Assembly (NCBI GenBank): GCA_965207455.1
Contig: CBDBMJ010000001.1
Location: forward strand, 1,696,001 to 1,760,000
Reading direction: 5' to 3'
Length of the DNA stretch: 64,000 nt
Source: Bdellovibrionota bacterium
GTDB lineage: Bacteria > Bdellovibrionota > UBA1018 > CAIPTA01 > JAALKR01
The position numbers and the translations under genes were made by a program. Shown in pieces: positions 40,859 through 50,927 of this stretch. A model generated the notes under the pieces. It saw only the letters and a list, made by a program, of their open reading frames with translations, was not told the origin of the DNA and did no database searches. Position 1 is the first letter of the stretch. Each line of letters opens with the position of its first letter.

Positions 40859-43800
40859 TTACCGATAGATGTAGATTGTTCGGGTTTCTTCCTTGCCCGA
40901 ACCTTCTAGTGCTCTACTTTGCTGACTGGGAGGAGGATTATTCTCCCCTCCGTAGCGTTTCTCGATAGATTCCTTATCGTAAATTGTAATGGCACGAAAA
41001 ACAGTATTGGTATCGGAGATTTCTTTCATTGCCGAAGAAGGACCATCATCACCTGTATTCTTTAGTCCCAAAAAGTGACCTAATGCATGAAGAATCACAG
41101 AGGGTAAATCATAAGCATCACTATTGGAAGAATCGTAAGTAAAATCGTTCTTTTTAGCGTTGACTATTATATCGGCAGAATAGATCTCTCCATGTTCGTA
41201 GGGAGTTCCCACATTTTTATTTCTTATTTTGAGATAGACTCGAGCCAGTACTTTAGAAGAAAGGGGAAGCGAACCCTTCTTGTTGCTATAGATTCCCATT
41301 GTACTATCTTCGTTGTAACTATCGCCATTATCATAGATTAATCTATCCACAGTAGTACTTGGCACAGTAAAAAAAGTGTAATTAATATCAGACCCACTGT
41401 TGTTCCATGCCCCCATCATTCCACCCAAAGTACTTAGTCCATCGCTAAAAAATTCGCTGACTTTAATATTAATACCACCACTTAATGCATCATCAGACCA
41501 GCGCTGCCATTTATCTGCCGACGGGGAAGAGTGAACATAATAAACACCGTTAGAGCAAGGGAGGATTTGTTCACCTACCGTTTGTTTCACAGAATAATAA
41601 TTACCTCCATAACTTGTCTCCAAGTCGTCTGGAACAGTGAATCTTCCCTTTTCATCTACAGAAACATCGAAACCAGCACCAGAGCAAGAGTTGTTTTTAT
41701 ACAAAGTAACCGTTGCATCTGTTTCCAAGTTTGTAACCTTTAACGTTGGTGTGTCATCAGTTCCCGGACTCTCGCTTATAAGGCTAAGCTCCGTGTTCAT
41801 TAAATTGCGCGTATAGAGTACCGCCCCGGAACAAGGGGAACTTTGTCCATTTACTGTTTGTTCAACAAAATAATAATTATCTCCAGAACTTGCCTCTAGG
41901 TTAGATGGAACGTCAAACCTTCCCTTTTCATCTACAGAGACATCGGAACCAGTACCCGAGCAAGAGTCGCTTTTATACAAAGTAACCGTTGCATCTGTTT
42001 CCAAGTTTGTAACCTTTAACGTTGGTGTGGTATCAGTCCCTGGGCTTTCGCTTAAAAGACTAAGGTTCAGAGTGGCGAAATTACGAAGATAGTACACTCC
42101 TGTAGAACAAGGGGAACTTTGTCCATTTACTGTTTGTTTAACAGAGTAAGAATTATCTCCGTAACTTGTCTCTAGGTCAGATGGAATGTCAAACCTTCCC
42201 TTTTCATCCATAGAAATATCGGAACCAGCACCAGAGCAAGAGCTGCTTTTATACAAAGTAACCGTTGCATCTGTTTCCAGGTTTGTAACCTTTAACGTTG
42301 GTGTAAGGTCTGTTCCTGGAGTCTCGCTTACAAGGATAAGATTCGGAGTGGTTAATAAACTACGAACATACTCCACCGCCTCAGAACAGGAGGAGACTTT
42401 TTCACCTACCGTTTGCTGAACAGAATAATAGTTATCACCGTGACTTGTCTCTAGGTTAGACGGAACTGTCACTCTCCCCTTTTCATCCAAAGAGACATTG
42501 GAACCAACACCAGAACAAGAGTTGTTTTTATACAAAGTAACCGTTGCATCTGTTTCCAAGTTTGTAACCTTTAACGTTGGTGTGCGGGCAAGCCCCGGAC
42601 TCTCGCTTAAAAGACTAAGGCCGGGGGTGCTTAATAAATCACGAACATATCTCACCGCCTCAGAACAAGGAGGGGTTTCTCCATCTACTATTTGTTGGGC
42701 AGAGTAATAATTATCTCCTAGACTTGTTTCTAGGTCAGATGGAACGTTAAACTTTCCTCTTTCACCTATAGTCACATTGAAAGCAGTACCAGAGCAGGCA
42801 GCATCCTTATACAAAACAATCACCGTACCTATTTCCAAGTTTGTAATCTTTAAGGTTGGTGTGGCGTCAGTTCCTTGCTCATCACCTACAAGACTAAGAT
42901 TGGGGGTAACCAATAAGCTGCGAACATAACTCACCACCTCAGAACAAGGAGGACTTTCTCCATCACTTAGCATTTGTTTAGCAGAATACTGATTATCTCC
43001 ATAAATTGCTTCTAGATCGGTTGGAACTTCAAATCTTCCTCCTTCACCTATAGCGACATCAAAACTAGTGCCAGAGCAGGCGGCATCCTTATACAAAGTA
43101 ATCATTGCACCCATCTCTAGATTTGTAATTTTCAGGATTGGTGTGGCATCCGCTCCCGGACTGCCACTCACAAGGCTAATATTTGGAATGATTAAATTGC
43201 GAACATACTCCACCACCACAGAACAGGGGGAGACTTTTTCATCTAATGTTTGTCTAACAGAATAATAATTATCTCCATGGCTTGTCTCCAGGTCAGACGA
43301 AACTTTGAATCTTCCCTTTTCATCCACAGAAACCTCGGAACCAGTTCCAGAGCAAGGCTCGTCTTTAGGGCCTTTATGCAAAGTAATCGTGGCACCTGGC
43401 TCTAGGCTTGTAACCTTTAACGTTGGTCTAAGGTCTGTCCCCGGACTATCATCCACAAGACTAAGGCTTGGAGTGATTAATAAACCACGAATATATTCCA
43501 CCGTTTTAGAGCAAGGAGGAATTGCTCCATCTACTATTTGTTGGGCAGAATAATAATTATCTCCGTAACTTGCTTCTAGCTCGGCTGGAACTTCGAATTT
43601 TTTATTTTCGTCCAGAACCATACTGTAGGCAGTACCAGAGCAAGGCTCATCTTTACTACCTTTATATAGGGCAACCGCTGCGCCCACCTCTAGGTTTGCA
43701 ATTTTTAAAGCTGGTGTGGCACTCGTTGACGGGTTTTCACTTGCAACACTGAGGTCTGGTTCGACTAATAAGCTGCGCTCATAGGCATTCAAATCAGAGC

Positions 43801-44203
43801 AAACAGAGCTTTTTCCATTCAGTGTTTGTTTGACATAGTAATAATGCGTTTTGTATCCTTCTGCCTCTAGCTCAGATGGAACGTCAAACCTTCCCTTCTC
43901 ATCCACAGAGACATTAACACCAGCACCAATGCAGGTCTCCTCCCCTTTATACAAAGTAACCTGCGCACCTGCCTTTACATTTTTAAGCTTTATCTTTGGT
44001 GTGGCATCAGTTCCTGGGTTGCCACTTAAATAGTCAAAGGTCAGCGTTTCTGGGGTAACCGGGGCGCTGGAACCTCCCCCTCTAACAGCACCACCTAAAA
44101 AAACCTTGAGTCTTAATTTAACAACATCGGGGTTTTGAGCGTTTGCGAACCCTGCTCCTTGGAGAAGCAGTACTAGACAGATTAAGTATTTTATTATTTT
44201 CAT
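40859..44203 (-). CDS. Secreted protein with 9 Ig-like repeats and a degenerate matrixin-like domain
   Basis: Signal peptide; nine ~93 aa repeats (PGxxxTPTLK...LYK..C...YSxxQ....PCS); C-terminal ADIIVN...YDLPSVILHALGHFLGL...SAM. Confidence 0.85.
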   Translation of the reverse strand: MKIIKYLICLVLLLQGAGFANAQNPDVVKLRLKVFLGGAVRGGGSSAPVTPETLTFDYLSGNPGTDATPKIKLKNVKAGAQVTLYKGEETCIGAGVNVSVDEKGRFDVPSELEAEGYKTHYYYVKQTLNGKSSVCSDLNAYERSLLVEPDLSVASENPSTSATPALKIANLEVGAAVALYKGSKDEPCSGTAYSMVLDENKKFEVPAELEASYGDNYYSAQQIVDGAIPPCSKTVEYIRGLLITPSLSLVDDSPGTDLRPTLKVTSLEPGATITLHKGPKDEPCSGTGSEVSVDEKGRFKVSSDLETSHGDNYYSVRQTLDEKVSPCSVVVEYVRNLIIPNISLVSGSPGADATPILKITNLEMGAMITLYKDAACSGTSFDVAIGEGGRFEVPTDLEAIYGDNQYSAKQMLSDGESPPCSEVVSYVRSLLVTPNLSLVGDEQGTDATPTLKITNLEIGTVIVLYKDAACSGTAFNVTIGERGKFNVPSDLETSLGDNYYSAQQIVDGETPPCSEAVRYVRDLLSTPGLSLLSESPGLARTPTLKVTNLETDATVTLYKNNSCSGVGSNVSLDEKGRVTVPSNLETSHGDNYYSVQQTVGEKVSSCSEAVEYVRSLLTTPNLILVSETPGTDLTPTLKVTNLETDATVTLYKSSSCSGAGSDISMDEKGRFDIPSDLETSYGDNSYSVKQTVNGQSSPCSTGVYYLRNFATLNLSLLSESPGTDTTPTLKVTNLETDATVTLYKSDSCSGTGSDVSVDEKGRFDVPSNLEASSGDNYYFVEQTVNGQSSPCSGAVLYTRNLMNTELSLISESPGTDDTPTLKVTNLETDATVTLYKNNSCSGAGFDVSVDEKGRFTVPDDLETSYGGNYYSVKQTVGEQILPCSNGVYYVHSSPSADKWQRWSDDALSGGINIKVSEFFSDGLSTLGGMMGAWNNSGSDINYTFFTVPSTTVDRLIYDNGDSYNEDSTMGIYSNKKGSLPLSSKVLARVYLKIRNKNVGTPYEHGEIYSADIIVNAKKNDFTYDSSNSDAYDLPSVILHALGHFLGLKNTGDDGPSSAMKEISDTNTVFRAITIYDKESIEKRYGGENNPPPSQQSRALEGSGKEETRTIYIYR

Positions 44204-44266
44204 TCCGACATTATGCATTAATTCTGCGAAATAGTCAAATGTTTTTTACAAAATTTTTAAATGAAA

Positions 44267-45157
44267 TCAAGAATCCTCCTCTTCCTCCTTTTCCCCAGCG
44301 TCGGCATCTGGAAACAGGGGTAGCCGCACGTTTGGTACTTCGGAGACGGGAAGCACCACGCTTCTTTTTCTATCCTTATACATAAGGGTGGGTAGGGTTT
44401 CTCCATTGAAGATGGCAATGAGTCCGTCCAGGTTGCCGGAAAATAGTTTCACCACCTCGTCAGCTCGAAGGGTGATCTTGCGACTTTTTCGCAATATAAT
44501 ATCTTTTATTTTATCGTCGTCGGTTTGGAAGCGTATCCAAACGTCCTCTTTGGCAATGAGGGTGAGGTTGTATTCCTTTTCTTCCGAGGTGTTGCTTTGC
44601 TCTTCCTGTGCTTCTGCCACAGCTTTGGCAACTTCTTCTGGTGTTTTTTCTGGTTCCGGTTCTGATGCTTTTTCAGGTTCTGGTGCTTCTTTTGGTGTCT
44701 CTTTCGAGGTCGGTGTTGTGAGCAGGGTGTTTTTCAACCTATCTTTGGTTTCTTTTAGCACTTTATCTCCAGTGTTGCCTGTGATGAAAAAGTAAACGCC
44801 GCTAATGCATAAAATGATCAGTAGTACGACCACTGCGGATAGAAACTTTTTTTTTTCCTTCACATGCTCCTCAATGCTTCCCGGCTGAGGGCTTTTAATG
44901 TAAATATTGGGATTGCAGGCGATATGTTGTTGGTAGCGAAGAAGTATATCCTTGTTGTCTATTTTTAAGTATTTTGCATACGCTTGGAGGTAGCCGCGCA
45001 CGAAGGGTTCCGGGGGTAGGAGTGCGTGGTTGTCTTCCTCTAGGGCGCGGAGGAGTTTTAAGCTAATGCGAGTGGAATAGGCTATTTGATCTAAAGATAT
45101 GTCCCGCTTTTTTCGTTCTTGGCAGAGGTATTGTCCCAGTGTTTCGATTTCGTCCAT
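44267..45157 (-). CDS. RodZ-like HTH membrane protein
   Basis: N-terminal HTH (LGQYL...FVRGYLQAYAKYL), one TM helix, C-terminal beta domain (AKEDVWIR). Confidence 0.8.
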   Translation of the reverse strand: MDEIETLGQYLCQERKKRDISLDQIAYSTRISLKLLRALEEDNHALLPPEPFVRGYLQAYAKYLKIDNKDILLRYQQHIACNPNIYIKSPQPGSIEEHVKEKKKFLSAVVVLLIILCISGVYFFITGNTGDKVLKETKDRLKNTLLTTPTSKETPKEAPEPEKASEPEPEKTPEEVAKAVAEAQEEQSNTSEEKEYNLTLIAKEDVWIRFQTDDDKIKDIILRKSRKITLRADEVVKLFSGNLDGLIAIFNGETLPTLMYKDRKRSVVLPVSEVPNVRLPLFPDADAGEKEEEEDS

Positions 45158-45169
45158 ATCGCCACGCCC

Positions 45170-45937
45170 TTACAGTCTTTTTTCCAATGCCACTAAATCT
45201 TTTAGGGAACGTTCTGCCCAAACTGTTTGGGGAAACCGATCCATCACTTCCAGTAATTTCTTTTTTGCGTCCGTATACTCATGGGCGCGCATTAACATTT
45301 CACCGAAGAAATAGTGTGCTTCCGCATAGCCGTAGCAAAGTCCAGAGGAGGCTTTGCCTAGAGCTTCAAAGGCGCTTTCTTTTTTATATTGTTTCCAGCG
45401 AACTTTTCCCAGTCGTAGCCAACCTGAGCAGTGATGTTTATTTTCCTTAACGGATCGTTGTAACTCGTACTCGGCCTTGAGCCATCGTTTTTCTTTTATA
45501 AAGGTGAGGGCTAGGAAGAAGTATGTTTCATGTTGACGAGGATATTCCAGGTCTTTTAGTGATTGATAAAAAATTGCTCTTGCCTTAGCGAGTTTGTTCA
45601 TCTTGTAGTAGAGAAAACCCAAGTTGTTTTTCATGATGGTTAGTTTGGGGTCGATGGTGATGGATTTCTTTAGTGCGTCTTCGGCTTCAGCGTGGGCACC
45701 TTTTTTAAAATAGGCAATTCCCAGGTGTCCCCATGTGGTGGGGTTTCTGGGGGTGTGCTTGAGTCCTTTACGAAAGAAGCCTATTGCTTCGGAGAACCTG
45801 CCTCTGAGTAGGGCTTTTATTCCTGCTTCTTCGTGGATTTCGCCAAAGCGGGTGTTTTGTTCCTCTTCTTCCAATTGCGAAAAAGCGCAGGATGTCAAAA
45901 ACATCGCCGTTAACAATAAAGAAATTAATTTATACAT
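45170..45937 (-). CDS. TPR lipoprotein, PilF/PilW-like
   Basis: Lipobox LTSC, TPR repeats (NNLGFLY...DLEY), adjacent to the rodZ-like gene. Confidence 0.7.
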   Translation of the reverse strand: MYKLISLLLTAMFLTSCAFSQLEEEEQNTRFGEIHEEAGIKALLRGRFSEAIGFFRKGLKHTPRNPTTWGHLGIAYFKKGAHAEAEDALKKSITIDPKLTIMKNNLGFLYYKMNKLAKARAIFYQSLKDLEYPRQHETYFFLALTFIKEKRWLKAEYELQRSVKENKHHCSGWLRLGKVRWKQYKKESAFEALGKASSGLCYGYAEAHYFFGEMLMRAHEYTDAKKKLLEVMDRFPQTVWAERSLKDLVALEKRL

Positions 45938-46024
45938 GCTCTTTAATTCTAAATTTATGTAGTAAGGGGGTCAACTGAATTTATTTCTATCTCCGTTGTA
46001 TGATATCATTAGTGGAGGGTTTTT

Positions 46025-46624
46025 ATGAAAAAACAGTTCATGTTAGATATTGAGACCACTGGGGTAAACCATAAAACGGACGACGTGTTGCAAATTGCCC
46101 TTTTGGAGTTGAATTTCAATGGGGATTATTGGGAGCGGGGCAGGCACTTTAATTTCTTTCAGCACACTGATCGTCAGCCTGAGAGTCCTTTTGCTAAAAA
46201 ATGTATGCCGGGGTTGTTTGAGCGTTGTCGAAATACTGATCCTACTCCCGTGAATGAGGCACGTCAGCAGATTTTGGACTTCACAAAAGACTGTGGCGCT
46301 GCATCCCCTAATGTTTATATTTGTGGTTGGCATGTGGGTGTTTTCGATCTTTCTTTTTTGAGTCAGCACGGGTATTTGCGGGTGGCTCAGTACAATTCCG
46401 AGGGTGTGCTGGAGGGTGATTGTCATTATCGAACGTATGAGATTAGTGGCGCACTACAGTTGGTGGCCAATTTGGCAAAAGTGTCGGATTTAAATTCCCT
46501 TGTTCGACGATCCTTGGAGGGCAGTCAGCTTCCTGAGGGACAGCGGCACGATGCGCTCTATGATTGTGAGCGGCAATTATGCATTATGAACGGACTCTTG
46601 AAGATTGCTCGTGGGGACTTGTAG
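46025..46624 (+). CDS. DEDDh 3'-5' exonuclease
   Basis: LDIETTG, GWHVGVFD, HDALYD. Confidence 0.85.
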   Translation: MKKQFMLDIETTGVNHKTDDVLQIALLELNFNGDYWERGRHFNFFQHTDRQPESPFAKKCMPGLFERCRNTDPTPVNEARQQILDFTKDCGAASPNVYICGWHVGVFDLSFLSQHGYLRVAQYNSEGVLEGDCHYRTYEISGALQLVANLAKVSDLNSLVRRSLEGSQLPEGQRHDALYDCERQLCIMNGLLKIARGDL

Positions 46625-47428
46625 CGACAAGGGGTGCAATTTCTCCAAAAGACCGTTTAGTTCTTTCGGTGTGAGTTGCTGATCAGCATCACTAAAAGCA
46701 TTCTCGGGGTCGACGTGACTTTCGATCATTAGCCCTTCCATTTTCAGATCCACGGCTTGTTTGGCGAGGTCTAGGAGGTAGCGCGTGTTGCCTGCGATGT
46801 GACTAGGGTCGCAAAGTATGGGAAGATTTGGGCAAAGGCGTTTTAGTTCGAGGGGGATATGCCAGCTTGGGGAGTAGCGGAGTTTCGTTTTTCCTTCTTT
46901 GGGAAGGTCGGTGGCAAAGCCCCGGTGTACGGCAGCTAGTTTTTGGATACCTGCTTGGTTCATTCTTTCCAGGGCTCCTATCCATAGTTCCAGGTCGACC
47001 ACGAGGGGATTTTTAATGAGTACGGGGATGTCCACTCCTTTGAGAGCGTCGGCAATTTCTTGTACGGAGAAGGGGTTGACGACGGTACGAGCCCCTATCC
47101 ACAAAACGTCTATTTCTTTTTTCAGGCAAGCGTGCACATGGGAAGCGTTGGCCACTTCCACAGCCACGGGTATTTTTGTTTCTTCCCTTGCGCGAACGAG
47201 CCAGTCCAGTGCTGCTTCTCCTCCTCCTGCAAAGCTATGGGGACGGCTTCTGGGTTTCCACACCCCGGCACGAAAGAGGGCTATTTTATTTGTTTGGGCC
47301 AGTGCTTTAGCGGTGTCCATAACTTGGCTTTGGGTTTCCGCACTACAAGGACCGGCAATAACTGGAAAGCTTGTGGGCGACTCCAACCAAGACGACAACG
47401 GAGCAATTTGAAGATTTAATTTTTCCAC
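46577..47428 (-). CDS. DAHP synthase, type I-beta domain
   Basis: IAGPCSAET, RAGVWKPRSRP, WIGARTVVNPF, HRGF, CDPSHIAG, IESH...SDADQQ. Confidence 0.9.
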   Translation of the reverse strand: MEKLNLQIAPLSSWLESPTSFPVIAGPCSAETQSQVMDTAKALAQTNKIALFRAGVWKPRSRPHSFAGGGEAALDWLVRAREETKIPVAVEVANASHVHACLKKEIDVLWIGARTVVNPFSVQEIADALKGVDIPVLIKNPLVVDLELWIGALERMNQAGIQKLAAVHRGFATDLPKEGKTKLRYSPSWHIPLELKRLCPNLPILCDPSHIAGNTRYLLDLAKQAVDLKMEGLMIESHVDPENAFSDADQQLTPKELNGLLEKLHPLSLQVPTSNLQESVHNA

Positions 47429-47626
47429 AGACCCTGAGAGTACCGCCTTAGGTGTAAATATGACAATGGTTTTTCTTGAGGGTTTTGCTTACGCTAGGCA
47501 ATAATGCCTCCCAAAAGTAACAAAACTTGTTGAAATCATTGAATTTTCAAAATCATTGCCTATTTATTCAAGTGATGCTATCAGTATACCGATATGGTAT
47601 AATGTTATAAGGAAGAGGGTTGTTTT

Positions 47627-47833
47627 ATGAAGAGGGAAAGAGAGTTTAAGTACTTGTCCAAGGAGAAGAGAAAAGAATTAGAGCGGATGTTTAAATTCTT
47701 GGAAAGCTGTCCTCGCTATCCCCTCCCCACCAACTATGAAGGTCTCAAAGACTATTACGATCTCGACAAACATTTTGAACAATTCTCGCTACCACAGCAC
47801 AATGGTATGAAATTTAAGCTGACACCTAGTTAG
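47627..47833 (+). CDS. Small hypothetical protein
   Basis: 68 aa ORF following TATAAT-like sequence, directly upstream of the protease remnant. Confidence 0.45.
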   Translation: MKREREFKYLSKEKRKELERMFKFLESCPRYPLPTNYEGLKDYYDLDKHFEQFSLPQHNGMKFKLTPS

Positions 47834-47843
47834 AAGTTGACTC

Positions 47844-48450
47844 GTGCCAAATTGGAACCAAGTTTTAAAAGAAATTCAAAGAGAACAACGAGATCCTTTT
47901 CACTCAATTCAGGCTGTAAAAGCAAAATATATTACAGCACTTTTTAAAAAACGAAAGCGAAATATAATTACCTATTATTCTGGATGGCTCCGTAAAGGTA
48001 ATGCACATGAAATGACTATTAACAACAACGATAAAAATTCCTTTATGAATGCTATTCATGGCATGGATCGCAAACTAGGACTGGATTTAATACTCCACAC
48101 ACCAGGTGGTGATATTGCAGCAACAGAGTCCTTAGTATATTATTTAAAAAAAATGTTCAGCAATAACATCGAAGTATTTGTCCCACAAATAGCTATGTCA
48201 GCTTCCATTATGGCAAGTGATTATCGGTAAATACAATCCCACTTTTATATTAACTTGTAAAAATGCAAGCGAATGGTCGAAAGAAATTGTAAAAGAATGG
48301 CTTTTAGAGGGGATGTGCCGTAACTGTAAGGATCCTAAAAGGGAATCTGAAAGGAACTTCTAAGTGTAACTGATCTGCTCAAAATTGTAGAAAACCATAA
48401 TGGCGTTGGACAGTACCTACGCTTATCTACTCAAAAACAGTAAGAAAATA
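47844..48450 (+). pseudogene. SDH/ClpP-class serine protease, internally deleted
   Basis: MPNWNQVL...YYSGWL...GLDLILHTPGGDIAATES...PQIAMSA; downstream fragments KYNPTF...WSKEIVKEWL..GM and KIVENHNG in other frames. End approximate. Confidence 0.75.
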
Positions 48451-48516
48451 TTTATGTCGGCATTCTTCACAGCAGTATCCGCAGTTATTCGGAATTCCCG
48501 AATAACTGAATTTAGT

Positions 48517-49491
48517 TTACACGCGTTTTTGTTGGTATTTCACCATTCTATTTATGTATTCATTGATGGTATGGCTCGTGAAGCAACGTTCAAAGTAATT
48601 CCATACTGAGTCTTGGAAGAGGTTAATGGATTCTTGGGTTGTGAGTACTTTTTTTGTGCCGTCTGGAAATATTGTTAAGGGTTTGTTGGCGTATTTGTAG
48701 CGCCCTATGCCTGGGGTGGCTATTTTAAAGAGTTCTCCCAAGCGGATCACGTCTGGTTCGAAGGTACTGCCTTCGTAGATATGTTCGAGACCCCAGAGTA
48801 TTCTTTCCATTGGGGGTATTTCGTTGGGGGTTAGGGAGAGTAGTTGGGGTATAATATCTCCTATATTTACAAATCTATTGAGTTTTCTGTGTATTGTTTG
48901 GACCATTTCAGGTTCTGCGCAGGCGGGTGCTCCGAAGGTATAGCAGGCTTTAAATCCGGTGGCGCCTAATTTTATAGCTGCCACTGTGGCAAGTGCGCCG
49001 CCGGTGGAGTATCCCGTGATGTAGAGTAGTAGGCCTTTGGTTCTGGTTTCTTTGAGTAGGTGGAATATATTATTTTCGATAGCTTTGTAGGGGCGTAGGA
49101 AGGCTATGTGTATTTTGTCTTCAGGTTTCGTTGGGGTTTTGGCGAGGGCTTCCATACCAAGATCATCGAGGATATGGGAGCGATTTTTTTCTGTGCCACG
49201 AAAGCACAGCACTCGAAATCGTCCGTTGGTGCATAGGTAGGCATGGGCTTTGTTTTCTATGTTGTGGATGGGTTCTCCCACGAGGACGAGGCCAAGGGAT
49301 TTTAGTTTATTTTGAAACTTGTTTTTGTCTTCTTCTGAGGTGTAGGAGGTTTCGTAGGCTAGGGCAGAGAGTTTGGCTAATAGGGAGGGATTTGGTCGGG
49401 AGGTTTTCTTTAAATTATGTATATTCTGTTCGTAGGAACTTTCGGTAATTGGCGCATTCTGGTTGCTTGTTTTATCCATGATTTTCCCCAC
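48517..49491 (-). CDS. Class 3 lipase-like alpha/beta hydrolase
   Basis: LCFRGTE, IHIAF, ITGYSTGGALA (GxSxG), YTFGAP, RFVNIGDIIP, C-terminal His. Confidence 0.85.
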   Translation of the reverse strand: MGKIMDKTSNQNAPITESSYEQNIHNLKKTSRPNPSLLAKLSALAYETSYTSEEDKNKFQNKLKSLGLVLVGEPIHNIENKAHAYLCTNGRFRVLCFRGTEKNRSHILDDLGMEALAKTPTKPEDKIHIAFLRPYKAIENNIFHLLKETRTKGLLLYITGYSTGGALATVAAIKLGATGFKACYTFGAPACAEPEMVQTIHRKLNRFVNIGDIIPQLLSLTPNEIPPMERILWGLEHIYEGSTFEPDVIRLGELFKIATPGIGRYKYANKPLTIFPDGTKKVLTTQESINLFQDSVWNYFERCFTSHTINEYINRMVKYQQKRV

Positions 49492-49658
49492 GGTCCCATC
49501 TTTCGCTTGAGTCCAAAATTCAAAATAATGGAACCCATAGTTCTATTATAACTATTTATTCTGGAGAAATATAGTGGGGTAAATCCTCTACCTGTTACCA
49601 GTTAGTTATGAGAAATTAATTTTGTAAAAAAACCACATTATGATACCGTAAGGGAACT

Positions 49659-49895
49659 ATTGAAGAAATCACGTCAGTAAAAGATCTGGGCTTTATTGTC
49701 CGTAGGGCACGAAGAGCGCGCAATTTGACTCAGGAAGAGTTAGCCAAAATGAGTCAAACAGGTCGACGATTTATTGTGGAGCTAGAGGGTGGTAAGACGA
49801 CGATGCAAATGGAAAAAGTACTAAAAGTTTGTAAGGTCGCAAATATTGCTCTTTTTGCCTTAACCTTTCGTAAGGACAAGACTCCTGCTCGCTGA
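49659..49895 (+). CDS. HipB/XRE-like HTH regulator with no canonical start (ATT 49659 likely)
   Basis: Not in the ORF track. IEEITSVKDLGFIVRRARRARNLTQEELAKMSQTGRRFIVELEGGKTTMQMEKVLKV; AAGGGA upstream. Confidence 0.8.
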   Translation: MEEITSVKDLGFIVRRARRARNLTQEELAKMSQTGRRFIVELEGGKTTMQMEKVLKVCKVANIALFALTFRKDKTPAR

Positions 49896-50015
49896 TCGTT
49901 CTTGCTGCCCTCAGCTTTTATTATGAGTCAATTCGGGCACTTACATTAGGCAAGATAACAATTGACAAAACCGCATCAATTTGTTATGCTGTGCATTAAC
50001 CAGGAGAACAAAAAG

Positions 50016-50507
50016 ATGAAAATAACGAAAATAATAATAATGATGTTGATAGTACACTCACCGGCTTTTGCACACCCGAACCATCCTCGTACGAAGATAG
50101 ACTTGGGCACTCTTACCTTTAAAGAGAAGGATCTCTGCGATGATACTGCACGAGTGTTAAAGGATTTCCATGGATCTAATTCGTTGGGGAGGGACGCTAA
50201 ATTTTTAATGGGCGAATGTAAGTCCACTGATAACGGCTATCGGTTAAGCGGTATCACACTGGACACTCAAGTTAAAGATTATGACCATATGAATCTTTCG
50301 GAAACAAAATTTAACTTTGATGAAACTCATTATTCCAGTCGTGAAAGGTGCGAAGAAGTGAGCCAATTCTTAGCTTCACTTTCTGATACTGTTAATAATG
50401 TGGTTGTCTTTAAGCCCGGTTCCTGTCAGGAAACCCGCAATCGACCGGATAAAGTATATTTTTCATCTACGTCTATAATTGTTAGGAATCAGGAACAAAA
50501 ACAGTAA
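50016..50507 (+). CDS. Secreted two-repeat Cys-pair protein, distant paralog of 27255/28075
   Basis: AGGAG RBS, signal peptide ending PAFA; two units of L...F...C...L...F...C. Confidence 0.7.
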   Translation: MKITKIIIMMLIVHSPAFAHPNHPRTKIDLGTLTFKEKDLCDDTARVLKDFHGSNSLGRDAKFLMGECKSTDNGYRLSGITLDTQVKDYDHMNLSETKFNFDETHYSSRERCEEVSQFLASLSDTVNNVVVFKPGSCQETRNRPDKVYFSSTSIIVRNQEQKQ

Positions 50508-50521
50508 TTCTGACCTCAAAA

Positions 50522-50911
50522 TTACCACTTAAACCAGTTCCTAATATCCCTCTGCCACGCACAAAGCATGGGTGCTAGGAGGTAGTTATCCATATCCATT
50601 TCACCCCATGCTACGTCGACTACTCGGCAGAATAGGCGGCTGCCTAAGAGGCCGATACGAAATTTTGCATAATAGAAAGTTGCACCTGTGAAGTTTGCGT
50701 AGTGGAGTTTAGCGTTGTTTAGGGTTGCGTTAGTAAGATTTGCGCCGCGGAGGTCGGCGTGATTTAGTTGAGCGTTGTTTAGGTTTGCATCTTTTAGGTT
50801 AGCATTCATGAGGTCTGCGCCGTTCAAGTCGAGAGAGCTCAGGATAGCGCCGCAGAGTTTTGCGAAGGGGACGTGTTTGCCGCTTCTTACCAGGTTGAAG
50901 CTCGTGGCCGC
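50522..50911 (-). pseudogene. 5'-truncated pentapeptide-repeat protein
   Basis: VPFAKLCGAILS matches IPPAKLCGAKLS of gene 37118; signal peptide missing, with an in-frame TAA just before the repeat site at 50928. Confidence 0.75.
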
Positions 50912-50927
50912 TTACGCTAGGGAGAAG

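Noticed and set aside
46577..46624. 48-bp convergent overlap of the exonuclease and DAHP synthase genes
   Set aside because: Most simply a short non-conserved C-terminal extension, with no sign of function.
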